A stretch of DNA of 64,000 nucleotides. Source: Balanoglossus misakiensis (lineage: Eukaryota; Animalia; Hemichordata). The notes beneath the pieces are model-generated. The model had not been told where the DNA came from. It made no database searches and saw only the letters and a program-made list of their open reading frames with translations. The position numbers and the translations under genes are program-made. Location: assembly GCA_040954595.2 (NCBI GenBank), contig CM082578.2:7735519-7799518 (forward strand), read 5' to 3'. Shown in pieces: positions 13,101 to 28,100 of this stretch (position 1 is the first letter of the stretch; each line of letters begins with the position of its first letter).

Positions 13101-16100
13101 AAGCGAACGATTTGCTGTCAAACATTGACAGTTTTCAGCTGGATAACGTGTGGTTTCCGCAGCCTCGCGGAATGTCCGCGTGAGGATAGGCGGACGGAAA
13201 CGATTCAATACGGGTAACAATATTGTGTAGTGTAAACGTCAGCTACTAGATTTATTAATCACCACACCGTCTAAAACGCGTTGGTTGCACCGCGTCGTGA
13301 AATTCTGTGACGCAACGCGGCGACAAATCTATCAAATGTCGAATATGAAGCGCACATGAATGATGGATAATTGCGTATTTAAAACGCCACAAGACATCCT
13401 ATCGGTGTCGCTGTGACGAACCCGAAAGCCTTTGGAGCATTTCGTCCGATTTCATGGCCACTTTAACGCATCAACGTGCACTTGAAACGACAATGCAAGC
13501 GGTCAAATCGTGTCTCCGAAAACCGACAAAAATCATATCCAAGCGTTGCCAACAGCAGGTACCCCTAGAACAACAACAAAACAACATCATCACTGTAAGT
13601 AGGGAACGGGCTTAATACAGTTGCCATCGCTCTTTCAGGACGGAATCCATCTTAAAACTTTTATGGCGGGCTCCAAAAGCACGGCTTGTAGTCTACAATG
13701 GACAAACTATTTAACATGGCAACATAGAAATCGCTCTATTGACACATACCGCTAAACAAACGTTGTTAAACCACGCTATACTTTTCGTAGTTTATTCTCC
13801 CTATCTGATGACCACGTCATGTCATCGCCTCGCACACACCGCGGGATGTTGACGGTTTGTGTACAGGACGTTGCCATAGAGACAGAATCATACGTCAGTG
13901 CCTGTCAACCGACGCCATTCTATCGCCCGGCTTTCTTTCTTCTCGCTAAAGTGCAAACGCATTAGAAGTACTGTCATTTCTGACAAGAGACATGCAGTCG
14001 GTTAAAGGAAAAACGTAGTGACGGGGCTGACACTATATTTTACCTTCCATTGGCAGTGAATGGGTTCGCGTCTACATCTCGCGTTACCATGACAATGCGA
14101 CTATAGACAGCGTAATTACTATTTTCAATGTCGAGCGATAACCCACGGCACAAAGACTATATCGACAAGGATCTCAGATTCGAACAGGATATTGGCGAGG
14201 ATTGGATCATGCTAATCGCGCATCATTTGTGTAGTGGGTTCTTTTTGCCACTCACGGATAAAAAGAGGAGAGTTCTCTCCCTCCTCAAATCTGACATCGC
14301 AGCTGCACAACGACCATTACGTGACGTCACCTTTAGTGACACATCAACGCATCAAAGACGCGTGTCCCAATCAGGCAGTTATCGCGACTGCTGTTTGATG
14401 CACTCTCAACGGAATCATGTCAATTTGTCAATAAATGAGTTCGCGAGAATTACAAAATGTGTGTATCTTCACAAATGTGCGTGATACGTGAGTGTCTTCA
14501 CGGAGTTCTTAGCAAGAAAGAAGACTCTATCTGAAGGCGTCCTTGCGAAATGTATTTGCTATAATAAATAAATCGTATAGAGGGATAGAGGCGGGCATGG
14601 AGACAGAGACAAAGAGAGACAAAACATACGAGAAGCACAGATAGACAGAGGCAGAGGTAGCGAGTTGATGATTCAATTTCATTTTAACCCGTTTAGATGG
14701 TGGAGTGAATTTCAATCGTCCAATTTTCTACACGTCCGTATTTCAGTTTAAGGACAATGATAAATAGAAAAAAGGATAAATATTCACCGAGAATTATCAA
14801 ATCACCAATAAAATCATAATTCATAAGGAAATTACCACTTATAGTAATGGAATCAAGGAACATCTGTCAGGGGGTAGGCGGTACATTAATTGAAATTAGA
14901 TCACTCTTAGTGTCAACTATTAATGTATAATAATATAAGATACTCTCGCGAGACAATCGGGTCAAATAACGTCTGTCCGGAAAATAACGCTGATCATGCC
15001 CAAAACTAGGAGAAGCTTCAGTACAGTCACAGAAAAAGACTCCGTTGTTTACCATCTCCATGACAACTACTTCACGATCACATCAGATCTGTAACCAGGA
15101 CGGGCGCCGGGTGCTTTCTTTGTTAGTAACCGCGTGGGGAGCCGAAAGTTACGAGGTTTCAGCGCGATCCCTATACAAAAATGTACCTGGACGACGCTTG
15201 CAATGAAAAACACAAACCCACCACGACACGCACGCACGCATTTCGAGTTCGCGAAATATCGATGCGTGCGGATCTCACGCAATCATCCATAAATAGGTTG
15301 TAACCGGGCGTGTAACGCCCTGAACGGGACATAACAAAGTAGCGTTGCAAGTTATTTCATTCATATACAAAATAAAACCAAACACCGGTATTTCACCGCA
15401 AAACGTTGTATTTGCGAAGTGTTTACTGGATTGCGACGGAATTAGAAATTATTCTGCTGCTCCGTTGAAGATAATACTGTATCAATATTATCTGTCGCTA
15501 GAAACTGTAATCATGGTAAATATAGAGTACACGGCGGCTGCAATGGCAGTGAAATCCAGGTCATTTATTGATATTGTTGTATCTGTCCACATTTCTTGGT
15601 TCAACTGTCAATAACGGTGATTTAAACTAAAAAAAACTATGTTTTTTTCAATTTCAAACGAGATTATCGGCTAATATATGTTTTTGTCAGTGATGTAAGT
15701 AATATCAGTGTTCCACGGCGTTAATTGATTCTAGGCTCTCACGACGGTTGGCTAACAAACACTGAAAAATTGAAACCGACTTCCCGAGCGCGATTCAACC
15801 AAACTTCGACTCCGGAAGCAGGAACTGTCGGCAATCTGGGCAAAGTGGGTCGATTTTTTTTTCATCGGAGTTTACTCAGTCTTTGCGCCATTGTGCGAAT
15901 TTTGAAAAAGACGGAAATTACATTAGTCGCGCAGATTCGCGGAGTACGGTTCACGCATCTGAGTTTATAAAATTAAATCGGTCGACGCGTTCAATGCCGG
16001 GGACGAAGTTTGTTAAAAGGACTAGCTTGCGGCTCCGTTGCAATTTCTATTGAAAATATTCTGGCGTCATCGAGAACGGGTTATTAATTAATTTATGTCA

Positions 16101-19100
16101 GAATTCTAATTTCTCGACAGGGAAAGAAATGTACTCCCCTTTTTCAGGAGCACGAGGCCCGGGGCAACATCCTTTCATCGGCAGTTCGGTCATAATTATT
16201 GCGATCGCCAGTGATCAGTACACGCGTCTTGTATCGAGTCTATACCCGTCCTTGATTAAATTGTAAATTTTCTTTCGACTGTCAATTGTATTAGCCTCCC
16301 GTGCTAAGAACGTTTTGCTGTGCGCTACTTCGTCTGCCTGTTTTAATATTTACACAAATAAGTTGCGCGAGTCTGTCAGGCAAACAGTTGTCAAGAAGAA
16401 CCTCAAAATGAAACGTGGAAAAAAACTCACAGGAAAATGTGTAACTTTTCAAAGTGACATCAAGTGAATATTAGTAAAGCCAATCGGCAAAGTAGTGTTG
16501 ATGCAATTAAATTTTGCGATATTCTCTGATTGCGAAATCTCAAGTGCAGAGGGTATTTCTCTACCCTCCATCAAAGTGGAAACCTTGTAACAATTACAAA
16601 TCACACCATCCATCAAAACGATTCGTCGTCAAAAAATCTCGGGGTCAGGTTTAGTCTTGGAGATAAGGCAGTGAAATCAATTCTGAAACTTACACTATTT
16701 AGTCACTGCTGCTTGTAGTTTTGCACTTTCGTCCGATGAGATTTCTTAAATTATGAAAGAAGCAGGGGCCAACGTCACACTCCAAGGGGGGGGGGGGTAA
16801 CAGAATCAATTTGATCATAATGAAGTCGGGAAGTAATTGCAAATATGTTGTCATGACAACGTCAGGGTGACATGGTGACCTTAAACGACTGTGTTTTCGT
16901 TTCCTAATTTCAGCTCTGGCGTACATTTTGCACGTTAACAATTAAATGGCGCTGTGTCGTGCAGAGAGGACACGCAGTCGCGGATTACGGATAAAAATAA
17001 CTGAATTAAGCCTTTATTACAGAAAAGTTACAGCTGTGACCTTGTTGGGCACGGAAGGAGATTATTTTTTTCGCGCCTTATTCAAGTCCACATGAATGGT
17101 GTCCATCGACGAGCTTTGATCATCCGGGAATTCATGGTCCCGATTTAAATAACAAAAAGCGAATTAAACTGGGAATGTATTCGTCATGAAAGAGGAGTCG
17201 TGAGAAATTATTAAAAGCCACCAGTGAGTTCATATTCACGTCGATAAACACGTTCAAGGTTCTCATCAATCGAAGGCATCACAGGTTACAGTGAACACAT
17301 TCACCAGATTTTATTACAAGACAGATGACTAAATTGCCAGAAATTGAGATCCCAGGGAAAAACGAATGAAGTGCTTAGCTGTATCAAAATGCAATCAGTG
17401 AAACCAGCAGCAAGAAATTTAATGTAAACAGTCTCTTTCACGCCGAGTTGACGGTTAAATCAGAAAATAATCGTAACTTTCAATCAAACAAAATTAATAT
17501 ATTTTCACTTAATGCGCCCACGGAAGGTTGCAATTAGAACAAACCACGCCGCACCTACACAACGTTGACGCGATCAATTAAAGTGTTTTGGAATAAGGGT
17601 CCCTCCGCCTCGCACGCTTAGCGTCGCCAGGGGATGGAGCTCGCGTGATTCCCCGGAGAAGGGGTGGGTATGCGGCGTTGCCTAGCAACCGTTCCGTCAG
17701 CTGCTGAAAACACCCAGTGATGACGGACTCGATACCAGTGACACGATTTCCCCGCGCCTAGCAAATCTTTGCGAATCCCTGATGTAGTCAGGTTTTCACT
17801 GACGCAGAGTGAGTGGCAGGGCACGCGAAGGATTATTGTTTAATTTTGTTTGGAGAAGGAACGACCACAGAATCATACATGTGAGTGAAGGCATTCGTTA
17901 TTAAATTAATCCACGTGCTGTTTATTTGCCGGGATTAATAAAGAAGACTTATTTATGTCGGTATGTGAAGTCTACTTGACGGCGACTGGCTACTGTATTT
18001 TGTTGTACCGTTACTCTTAAAAGATAAAACATCATATTTACACGAACATACAACATGCAGGTATTACCGCAGGTTGCCGCTGGGACGTAGAGGTGCATAT
18101 TGTATTTTAATCGTTTTTGATAGCATCTACGTGTTATTTTCATAGGAGACATATCGCGTTACATTTGCCCAAACCTTCTACGCGTAATATTAGCTGTCCG
18201 GACGAACAGCAATCGTGGTTTTGTCATATTGGCCAAGTGTTTCTTTTTTGTGTTTCTCCTGTTTGATCTGGGTCTTGCGTGCCGACTTTCCCCTCTGAGC
18301 AAACGAACAACTCACCCGGAATGATCCCTCGGTCCCGTCACCAAGGAAAGAAGCATTCCGGGGTGAGTGCCACAGAAAAGATGCCCTGCTTTGCCAACCA
18401 AGCGAAAATGCTGACATTGTTTCTGGTCTGCTGTGCGTCAGTCAGCGCCGTGGTGGATTTCAAAGGGAAGGGTTGACATCGCCCCTGCCCAACCCGCCTT
18501 GCTTTGAATTCACCTGTTGACGTGTTTACTTTGGGCCACTTGAGTTGTGTTTTGCTGGGAGAGCTTGGAGAGAGTGCTTGACTAATAACACCCGTTGAGA
18601 GGGGGTTGTGCAATAGGTGTTTGCACATGTACGCTGGCAACAGATCCCAACTACTATACTGCGTAGGAAGCTGAGACCCGGGCGCGTCTTTGATTCAACT
18701 ACATGTACTTTCACTCGAGAAGTATGTTTTCATCTTCATTAATGGCCGGTCTTTTGATACTAGAATTACTCGAAGAGTCTAGTGGCTGAAGGCACTTGCG
18801 AATTAGACACTTGTGCCGCACCAAAGTCTGGCGACACGACAAGAATGAAGAGCATGCAAGTAACTATAGCTTTCGTGTGTTCAGTATCTCTTCTTCTGCA
18901 GCCATGCAGAACGGGACAACCGATGGATGTGACTTTTTTTTGGCGACCACTCAGACATCAGCCCATTCACTGACAAAGAAATCCGGCTTGTATTCACCAT
19001 GAAGTAACTCCATTCAATTATAACAACACTTATGTGGTCGGTTTTTACATCTCTTTTATGTAAAACGGGAGCGCCTCGACAATAAAGTATAAAACAGTAA

Positions 19101-22100
19101 CCCCTCTGCCCCCAAACTCCACACACCTGCGCGTATACTTGGGCACGATCAAGTCCTTTCTGAACCGCTAGAGAACGATAGTGTGAAATCCTTCTACCTA
19201 AATGATCAGAAGCCGATGAATGTCGGAACGACGATTTTTTTTTCGGATTAAGTCCCCAAATGCGGCTTTTTCAGTTGTTAACCTTATCTCAATGAGTATC
19301 TGGCTTGTTCCCCGTTGCCAATCAAATAAAGGACTGGCCCTTTACATAAGACTTAACTTAACGGGACCTAGGGTGAAAAAGCCATCGTACGTCTTACGCC
19401 TTTGACCATATAAACCCTAGAATATTATAGATCTGTGGCCAGCTTGTGGCTGTCAGATTGTATTTTTCTTTCTCTACGCGACTACCAAGTAATTTTCATT
19501 CACCATATACTGCTGGTGTTTATGAGGGTTCTTGCAAACTAATCATTGTAATAAGAGTTGTGATTGAAAAATCGACACGGAAGTAAATGTATTTGTTTGG
19601 GGGAATTATGCTGTGTTTATTGCGCTGTTAAGACGAACAGTGGACGAAAAAACGAACCACACAAATAAACACACAGAAAAAAATGCTTTCTAAGCTCACA
19701 ATTCTATTGCAGTATTTCCAAAAACTTGAAGAACTCCTGGTAGTTTGCCATGTCATCGGTAGTTTTGTCGACCGAAAAATCCGCATAAACCTCGTTTTAA
19801 CTGCCCCGTGATCAAAGCATGGCCACAATCGATTTACTGATTAATGATTTAATACAAAATTTAGTTAGAATCTATTTCATGCTAACAGTATCATAGCAGA
19901 CACTTATTTTTGTTTGCGAGTAATCGCTCGTAATGTTTGTATACGCTATTCATTGGCACTTATAACTTACATCAATTGCTGAGGGTCCTGTTTGGATGTT
20001 GCTTAGTAGAGTGGTTAATAAAGGGACATATGCACAGCCCACCCTTTGTTTCCCAATAAACTGTTCTGTGAACAGGCAAAATATATATTGTCTATTTCTA
20101 TAGAAATATCCACGCCAATAACTACGGGACTTTAAAGTTAACATATCTCAGGAAGGGACATTTGCATTTACTGTATTTTAAAATCAAAACTTTTTCACTG
20201 ATCTTCATCATCATGAAGGTTGGGTTTGAACCATGTGCGAAGCCTCATAAGCACTTGGCTTCTGCAGTGTATGAATGTACACCCGCACATCTTATTTGAA
20301 ATCTACTCCGTGAATCAAAAATGGGATTTGCGTGAATGATTTTCCCTGGTGAGCGGAATTCCTCATCTAATTGTTGAAACTTTGCCAACGCGTGATGTCA
20401 CCACTTATCAGTAATTGACAATCACCGCGATCAAAATATCCAGTGGCTAGGATACGGGAGCGATCTCTCACATACATGTATAGAATCGACGAGGCGATGC
20501 TCGGAGACGCCAACCGGGCACGTAGCCGGGCTTGACACCTGCTCTCCGTACGGAAGCACGTTGTTATGAAATTCGCACGATTATTATTACAACGGAGACA
20601 ACGGGGCACTTGCGAGGACGTACCGTGGAGTGTCGAATCTAACGGTGCCATGAAGTACCATCGAGTGGGATAATCCGTCGTAAAGAGCCTCGGTATCGCA
20701 AACAGTGATTGTAGCAAATTACATCTCTGCAAAAGGTTTCTGATAAAGACGCTTCTGGACTATTCTGAATCGATGCCATGGGGAATTAACTTCGCCCTCT
20801 GTGTATCCCCCCCCCCCCCACAATCGCATAACCACAGTCCGACAGCTCTGAGGAAACATTAGTGAATTCGATTATCCTATTCTGTCTTAGGTGATGTTAA
20901 GGTATTTTTGCTCCGACACCAAAGGGAAAACTACGAAATGGAATTTATGCATGGGCATTTGTCAATTTTTAAGTTTTATTCGCCATTTCGTCTTTTCTCC
21001 AAGACAGTTAAGTTTATGGCTGTACAACAAAACATCTGTGAGTTTTATGGAACAAACACGCATAGTTCGTGTGAAAGACCATGTGTGACGGAATTATTTA
21101 TATGTCGGTCGTAATTCAGAAACAACAATTTGAAAGGAAAACACTTTCATTTGCTGTAAGGAACATGTATTTGAAGTGGAATCACTGCCTTACACACGGC
21201 TACCTCAGAGACTCGTACGCTTAGATATTATTTGCAAACCCCATACATGTATAGGCCTGTACTATCTAAACTTCACCTCTCCAGGAATCTTCATATATCG
21301 AACTTGCGGCTACTCCTGACACACATACGAAAAACCCAATCGGACAGACTATTAACTATCCCTAAATAAGCTGGCGTCATTTACTGGTGTTTTTCAACTT
21401 CTCCATTCGGGTGTGATAAAATGCATTAATCGTGTACCCTGAATTACATGTCTTGACAGCTTGATGCTTATGTAATATATCTACTGTTGAAACTGTTTCA
21501 AACCTGAGTTAACGTATATGTAAAAGTCACAGAGTACGAATAATCACACCGACAAAAGCACCAAGTTGTCAACGAAACTATTTTGAACATATTAAGATCA
21601 AGCAATACACTTCGGTGACCTCAGAACGAGGTCACCCAAGACACTGTATGTGGTGCAGTCTTCTCCATTCACGTTTTATTATAGAAGTCGGCATGGACAC
21701 AAAACGTACTGGGACACCCACAACATCAATTAGATGCCCATGATTTGTAGATAATGAGGCTAGCCCCCCAGGTATGTGAATAGAGATACATGCTTTATGT
21801 TTTCGACTGCCCCTATTATATAGTTACAGTCTGGGTGGAACTCATTACAAAAGGCGGGAAACAAAAATTTCGCGTCCCGGGTTGTCGTTTTCGGCAAACG
21901 ACACAGGTTGTTTTGCTCAACCAGAGGCGAATGGCATGAGCTTGACGTGGACCTGTACTTTTATCTTTCTTAACCTTTATTCGCAAGTAGGTATTATTAT
22001 AGAGGGCCATTAACACGATTCGTGGATGTCTGTAGTTGCAGCATGTGGTAAACATTCGTCAGAAATTACGATCCAAACTATAGTAAACTCCGTCACACAT

Positions 22101-25100
22101 GCATGTAAAAACCCTTGTTCATAATGGAAGATGACGTATGACATTATTTCTAAAGTTTTCCGAAGAAAAAACGTTCGCTATTTAATTTCATGTCCAGCGT
22201 GTCGGCAAACGAAGGCCATTGTTGTTAAATTCCACATTACTCTGTCGTGACGCTAATCTCGAAAGTCACAAAACTTAGAGACACAGTCCTGTGTTAGAGA
22301 GCAGTTTTGTCGACAGGCGCTCAAGGTTGATCCCCTATCATGGGTATTGATGTGTGGGCGGTCGTATAACTTCGGCGTTGTTTTCTAGCGAAGACGCAAA
22401 GTTTGCAATTATATTGTTGTTTATAGAAAATGTTTTTTTCTCTCGCAATATAGCATACGCAATGTCCCGTTGAACATGTGTGGAGTTTTGCGAAGTTACC
22501 CCCTCCTGCATGATCGAAGGCATAACGACACTGTTTTTCTCCACCGCCCTACAACTTGGTGCGCACGTGTTGCTAACCCGTGTAAATTGGGTGGGGGATT
22601 TGCGTGAACAATGGACCAATCACAGTATATGGTGATTGATTAAGGACATTTGCGACTCAAGTATACCTGAAGTACCAAAGTCGTTAAATTAACAGCATGG
22701 CGAAGGCCAGAAAAATGCACAATCGGCTAAAGACACCATATAATTTTGTAGTACATGCAGCCTGTATACTGTAAAACGGGAAATTTTCGCGACATCAAAA
22801 GAGGCAACTGTTACGCGACTAATAATTTTCGCGTTCTCGTATTTCTTAACTGCATCGATATTTCTGAAAACATTTTACGCGACTGTTTTATTTTCGCGTT
22901 TTGGGGCTCTCGCGTAGTTCGCGAAAATTACCCGTTTTGCAGTATGTGTAGTCATGTACGTACGGAACTGGATAAAAGGCGACACAAATTATCAGGACGT
23001 CCCTTCCCCTACCACACCCCTAACGGCATGATTGTCCTTATATACCCGGGCGACGGGCGGGGCGCACTGGAATGCAGATGTCAAATGAAAAGCATGCGAT
23101 TGCCGAATTGCGTGATGCGCTCTTTGTGAAAAGCAAATTGGTCTTTCAATCGGGTTGCCTCAACCACACGTTTGCAAACAACACCATGTACTCATCGAGA
23201 GAAAAGAAACAATAATCCCCATTTGGTGTTTGGGACAATGGTAGTTTTATGTCTTTGCTTTCGGGCGCATGGATTGCCAGTCGCCTGATCCCGACCAGAC
23301 ATGGATACCGCCATGTTGTTGTCCAGCAACAGGGGTGGCCCGTGTTGATGCATATGCGCGCGGGGGTGGGGTTTGGACCACAACGTCAATTGCAAACGAA
23401 ATGCAACCACTGCAGAATTAACACCACTGCGTTGTGCCGCGTTCATGTTGACAGGTTTTCTCGGTGTGTGTACTCCCCCGACGTATTTGTTCAACCGTAC
23501 TTAGTTTCTCATCAATTACGATAGAACAAATCGACGCGTGTACTTCGCAGCAAAGATTTGGTGTGTTGCGAGGCAATACAAGGCATTAGAGGGATTTCCA
23601 GCTGAATCATCAATTATTGCTTGATTATCTGGTGATATAAACAGTCGCCAACTTGCCTAGTCTCATGATATAAACTACATGTAGTAAATTGTGTTGAACA
23701 ATCGAGAATGGTACGCTCTTCTTCGATTTAGGTTGAGATGTAAATCTTGAGGTAGAGCGAAATCACCACAGCCATCACTCAACGGTCCCGAGTTTGACTG
23801 ATGCTCAGCAAGTGTATAGCTACATGTAAATGAATGATACTGCATTATTTATGGTATCATGTCATGAATGCGACTAACATTGGTCAAATTTGAAACGCAA
23901 ACGCGCTGACATGTCAAATGACATCTGAACTGATCTTTCATACTGAATTGAATTATACACATGCTTATCATAGCCAAACAACGATTGGGTAGACATGATT
24001 TTCCATGTTCATGTATCCAAATTAAGTGGGACGTGTTCAGCAGGTCGGCTGTCAACTGTCAACGGTTCGCGCTTTAACTTGCGCAATGTTTGTTTATCCG
24101 TTTCCATGGTAGTGTCATACTTTGTTTAAGTGTGACTCTCCATCAAGGGAAAGGTCATGACCTTGAGGGACCAGAGACTAAAGTAGACACCATGCAATTG
24201 GAATCCTTATTTCAACTCATAAACTTGTCTTATCTACAGTCCCACAGCAACCGCCCCGTCGTGGTCCTATTCTAAGTTACTAAGCTACACGAAAGTTACA
24301 CTATTCGCCTTTCACCATTATTGCCATGCCTTTTTCATTTCTTTGAATCCAAATTGGTTTGTAACATAATAATAAACTAGAATCATTCGTAACCGCTGGA
24401 GATGCGATTCAAGAAATAATCATGCTGAGGGCGCTATCATGTTTTTAAAGAGAAAATTTGTTCTCGTTGTGATTGGACAAAATTGGCAATAAAATTTTAT
24501 GTTATTAACGATATAGATTATACATAGTTAGGAAAAGTGTGTCTCAGCCTAACATCCCGACTTTAAAGCCCAACGAGCTGCAACTCGATAACAAATTATG
24601 CTCTAAATAATCTTTTTTGGATATGCTTTTAATTCTGTCTGTTACATTATATTGCCTGATATAACTTATTTATGGCAAAATGGCCAGAAAATAAAAGAAA
24701 TATAAGTACAGTTGAAAATATCCGCAATTAGAATAAAAAAGTGAAGTACTGCAACGGAAAATAAAAATTCAATGTCTCCGTAGAGTACATTTACTTCCAT
24801 GTGTTCTAGTGGATGGGATCATGCTTTGTTTATGAAGTTTCAAAGTTGGAAATACAATGTTGTCATTGTTTTTATTTCACGGTGGCGGCCATATTCCTTT
24901 GCGACAAAGCTTTGTTATTTATCTGGTTAAAAATTGCATGTGCACACATGCTTAGGGTTTATAATACTTGTATATACTTCTGTTCATACATGTACATGTG
25001 TATGTTCTAATGTTAGCACAGTTTGAAAAAAAAAATTCATGATGATTTCCAAAAAAAACCGCTGCAGCTCATGCGACTTTAATATTTATTCCCGTAGATT

Positions 25101-28100
25101 GTAACATTACATTTGGCACACCTGGTGGGTATACCGTCGACGAGAATTCTCCATCTACAACCATTGTGATTGCGTCTACTGAAATCTTACCAGGCTACGG
25201 TATCGGCGTTAATCCAGGAACACCAGATGCATTTCTACTAGATTCAGTGAATCCTGGGCCCAGCACTTTATTCAATGTGAACACCCTCACCGGCGAGGTA
25301 GGTCTCGAATAAATAGAACGTTGTCAGTGAAATTTTCATAAAAACAGTTCATTTCTCGACACTTGTTACATTTAAGTGTCTGTCCTATGTCTACCTGCCT
25401 GTCTGTTTGTCTGTCTGTCGTTAAATTTGCACGGAACGCGTGAGAATACATGTAATTTTCAGTACATGTTTTCTGACAACAGGTAACAATCGGTACAACT
25501 ATTCCAAACTTTGAAGTTCACGGAGCGGCCCACACCGTGTACATAAAATGTACAACGGATACAACCAACGATGGGGTGTATGGCATACAGGTGACTTTCA
25601 GCGACATCAATGACGACCCCGTTTTTCGCAACGTGCCCGCCACCATTTCTATTCCCGAAAATCTCGCCACTGGCACTACCATTTACACCGTCAACTACTT
25701 CGACGAGGACACTGGTGACACGGTGACCGTCACCATTTCAACCCAGAATCCGACCACTCCAGCGTTCACCAACACCGGCCAATTCATCACAGTGCCAGCC
25801 GGGCTTGACTATGACCCTGATCCTACTTATCGGTCATTCGACCTCACAATAAGGTGGGTTTGCAAAGCAGTCAATGGTAGATGCTCAGATGTTCATGTTG
25901 ACACTTACAACCTCTGTCACATGTTGATATATCGGGTTGCTAACGTTTTGAGACAATGTTTGATGCAAGATTTTTTGTGTACATGTACGTGTAATTCAGA
26001 ATCAATCATGTAAGCAATACATGTATTTTGATAAAAAATGATAAACAAGACCCTGCATATCGCTTTACCAATAACGATCTAATATTCTTTGTCAGAAATA
26101 AATTAACTAGAGCAGTCACATTCAAATGCGATAGCCAAAAAACCCCGCTGTATTGCAGTTTTCCTCATAGTTTTAATATGTCATAACGAGATTCGTTTCA
26201 TTATTCCACAGTTTATTTGATGGCACAGTTTCAGTTACAGCGGACTTGACAGTGAACTTGATAGATGTCAACGATGAGTCTCCCTTATTCGGCGCGGCTA
26301 CTTACACTGGTGACATAGATGAAGGGCTCAGCGCTGGCTCTGCCATCACTTGGGTGGTCGATCCCGCCGGCGATGTCACGGATGCGGACACCGGCGATTC
26401 CAAGTATTACTCCATATCAGGTACAGTGAAAAACTCAATAAATGTGGTCAGTTTAAATTAATTTTGTGTCACTTAATGACTGCTTCTGACTCAATATAGC
26501 TCACGGCAAAATGTTACATTAGTGTTCTGTTATTTTTCAGGGACGAATGCCAACCATTTCACCTGTGATATAACGTCTGGAACCATCGAGACGACCCGCG
26601 AGCTTGAAGCTGACGGCGGATCAGCCGTCACCAGCTATTCTCTGACAATGACAGTGGAGGACGCCGGCGGAAACACCGACACGGCACTCCTTGATATCAC
26701 CGTAAATTACGTCAACGATAACAGTCCCATTTGGAACCCGTCGTCGTACGCATCCACTACTGCGGAAAACACGGTGGCAGGTAAGGTGGAACTTGAACCA
26801 AACAGGTGAAAACCTTAAACACCAGTCAGGCCTGCACGATTACCAGCACTAATTATTTTCCGTACTGCTGGTGGGCATATTTTACTGTCAATTTCTTTCA
26901 TTGGATATTTCTGTCTTGGTTGTTTCCTCTCAGTATGTTCTTTTGCAGTTGTTGTTCCTGTTTTAATAACTGGCCTGGCCTGATTGGTGACAACACCTTC
27001 GCAAATCTGCCGTTAACGGCAAAGTTATGTACGGCGCCATGTTTATTCCTGGCTTTTTGTGTGAATTACAGGCACCTCAATTGTAGCAGTAACAGTGACC
27101 GATGCTGATGGCGGACCGACCGACGGGGCACTTACAGTATCCATCGAAAGTGGCGATGACGCAACCCCGAAGTTTAGAACGAGCGGCACGGGACCGTACA
27201 CCATTGAGACATCCACTACTCCCATCAACTACGAAGACGCTGCGCTGATCGCCAAAGGTTACAAATATACTCTGATCGTGACGGCGGTGGACGGAGGGGC
27301 GACGCCCATCACCAGCACGGCTACCGTAATCGTTACGGTAAGAAAGAATAGTTTCAACGAATCTCTCACAGATACGACAACCAATAGTTTCCTTATACTA
27401 TTACTCACACACATTCGCATCGAATCACAGAACAGATTGGAGACGGAAAGTTATCACCTTTTTAACATTCTTGACGCTCCGTTTGCTCCTGCTTTTTGTG
27501 TATTTGAGACAAAAATACAAATTGCACATTTACGTATAATGCATTATCTATACCTCTACAGATTACACCAGAAAACGAGTTTACGCCCGCTTACACAGCC
27601 TTCCCAGGTGCAGCGGTGTCAATGTCCGAGGACGAGGCCGCCGGTTACGAGATCGCCTCCGCCACAGATATCGTCGCTACTGATGGAGATTCTGGTGCCG
27701 ATGGAGAGATCACTTATTCCATAACCGCTACCGTTCCAGGTAAAGTAACGCTTTGCGATTTAGGCATATACCCGTGACTAACGAATGCAGAAGCCAGGGT
27801 TGTTGTATCAATTAACATACCACATTGGATGTTGAGATTTACTGATAGTATCAATATATCGATAGCTGAAAATGAACTGGAAAAGAGATTATGGAAGTCA
27901 GGGATGGAAACAAATATGAGACTACAATGTAAGTCTCCATATTATGTTGTATGTTATGTTTTGTTTAATATGTACCCGGTTTCACGCTTTCAGGCGTACG
28001 TGAACCCAATACTTTTGCGTTACCTAATGTCGTTTCAATATATTGAAACTACTACCGTTGACACTGGCATTTGCAAAGCTAGTCTTGATCTCTCTGCCAT

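Noticed and set aside
18300-18362. 63-nt in-frame cassette exon candidate ending at a GTGAGT donor
   Set aside because: Acceptor is a poor GAG and the peptide is not cadherin-like.
21614-21636. Short perfect inverted repeats (GGTGACCTC-5-GAGGTCACC; also 29433-29449 and 44286-44311) resembling nuclear-receptor elements or Helitron hairpins
   Set aside because: Isolated 8-9 bp stems with no supporting context such as a CTRR end or clustering; compatible with chance.
10195-25097. Nested gene, miRNA or tRNA in the 15 kb intron
   Set aside because: Only short ORFs without motifs. TGGCAGTG (miR-34/449 seed) at 14051 and ~15545 lacks the rest of the mature sequence and an evident hairpin. An Infernal/miRBase scan would be needed to exclude this fully.
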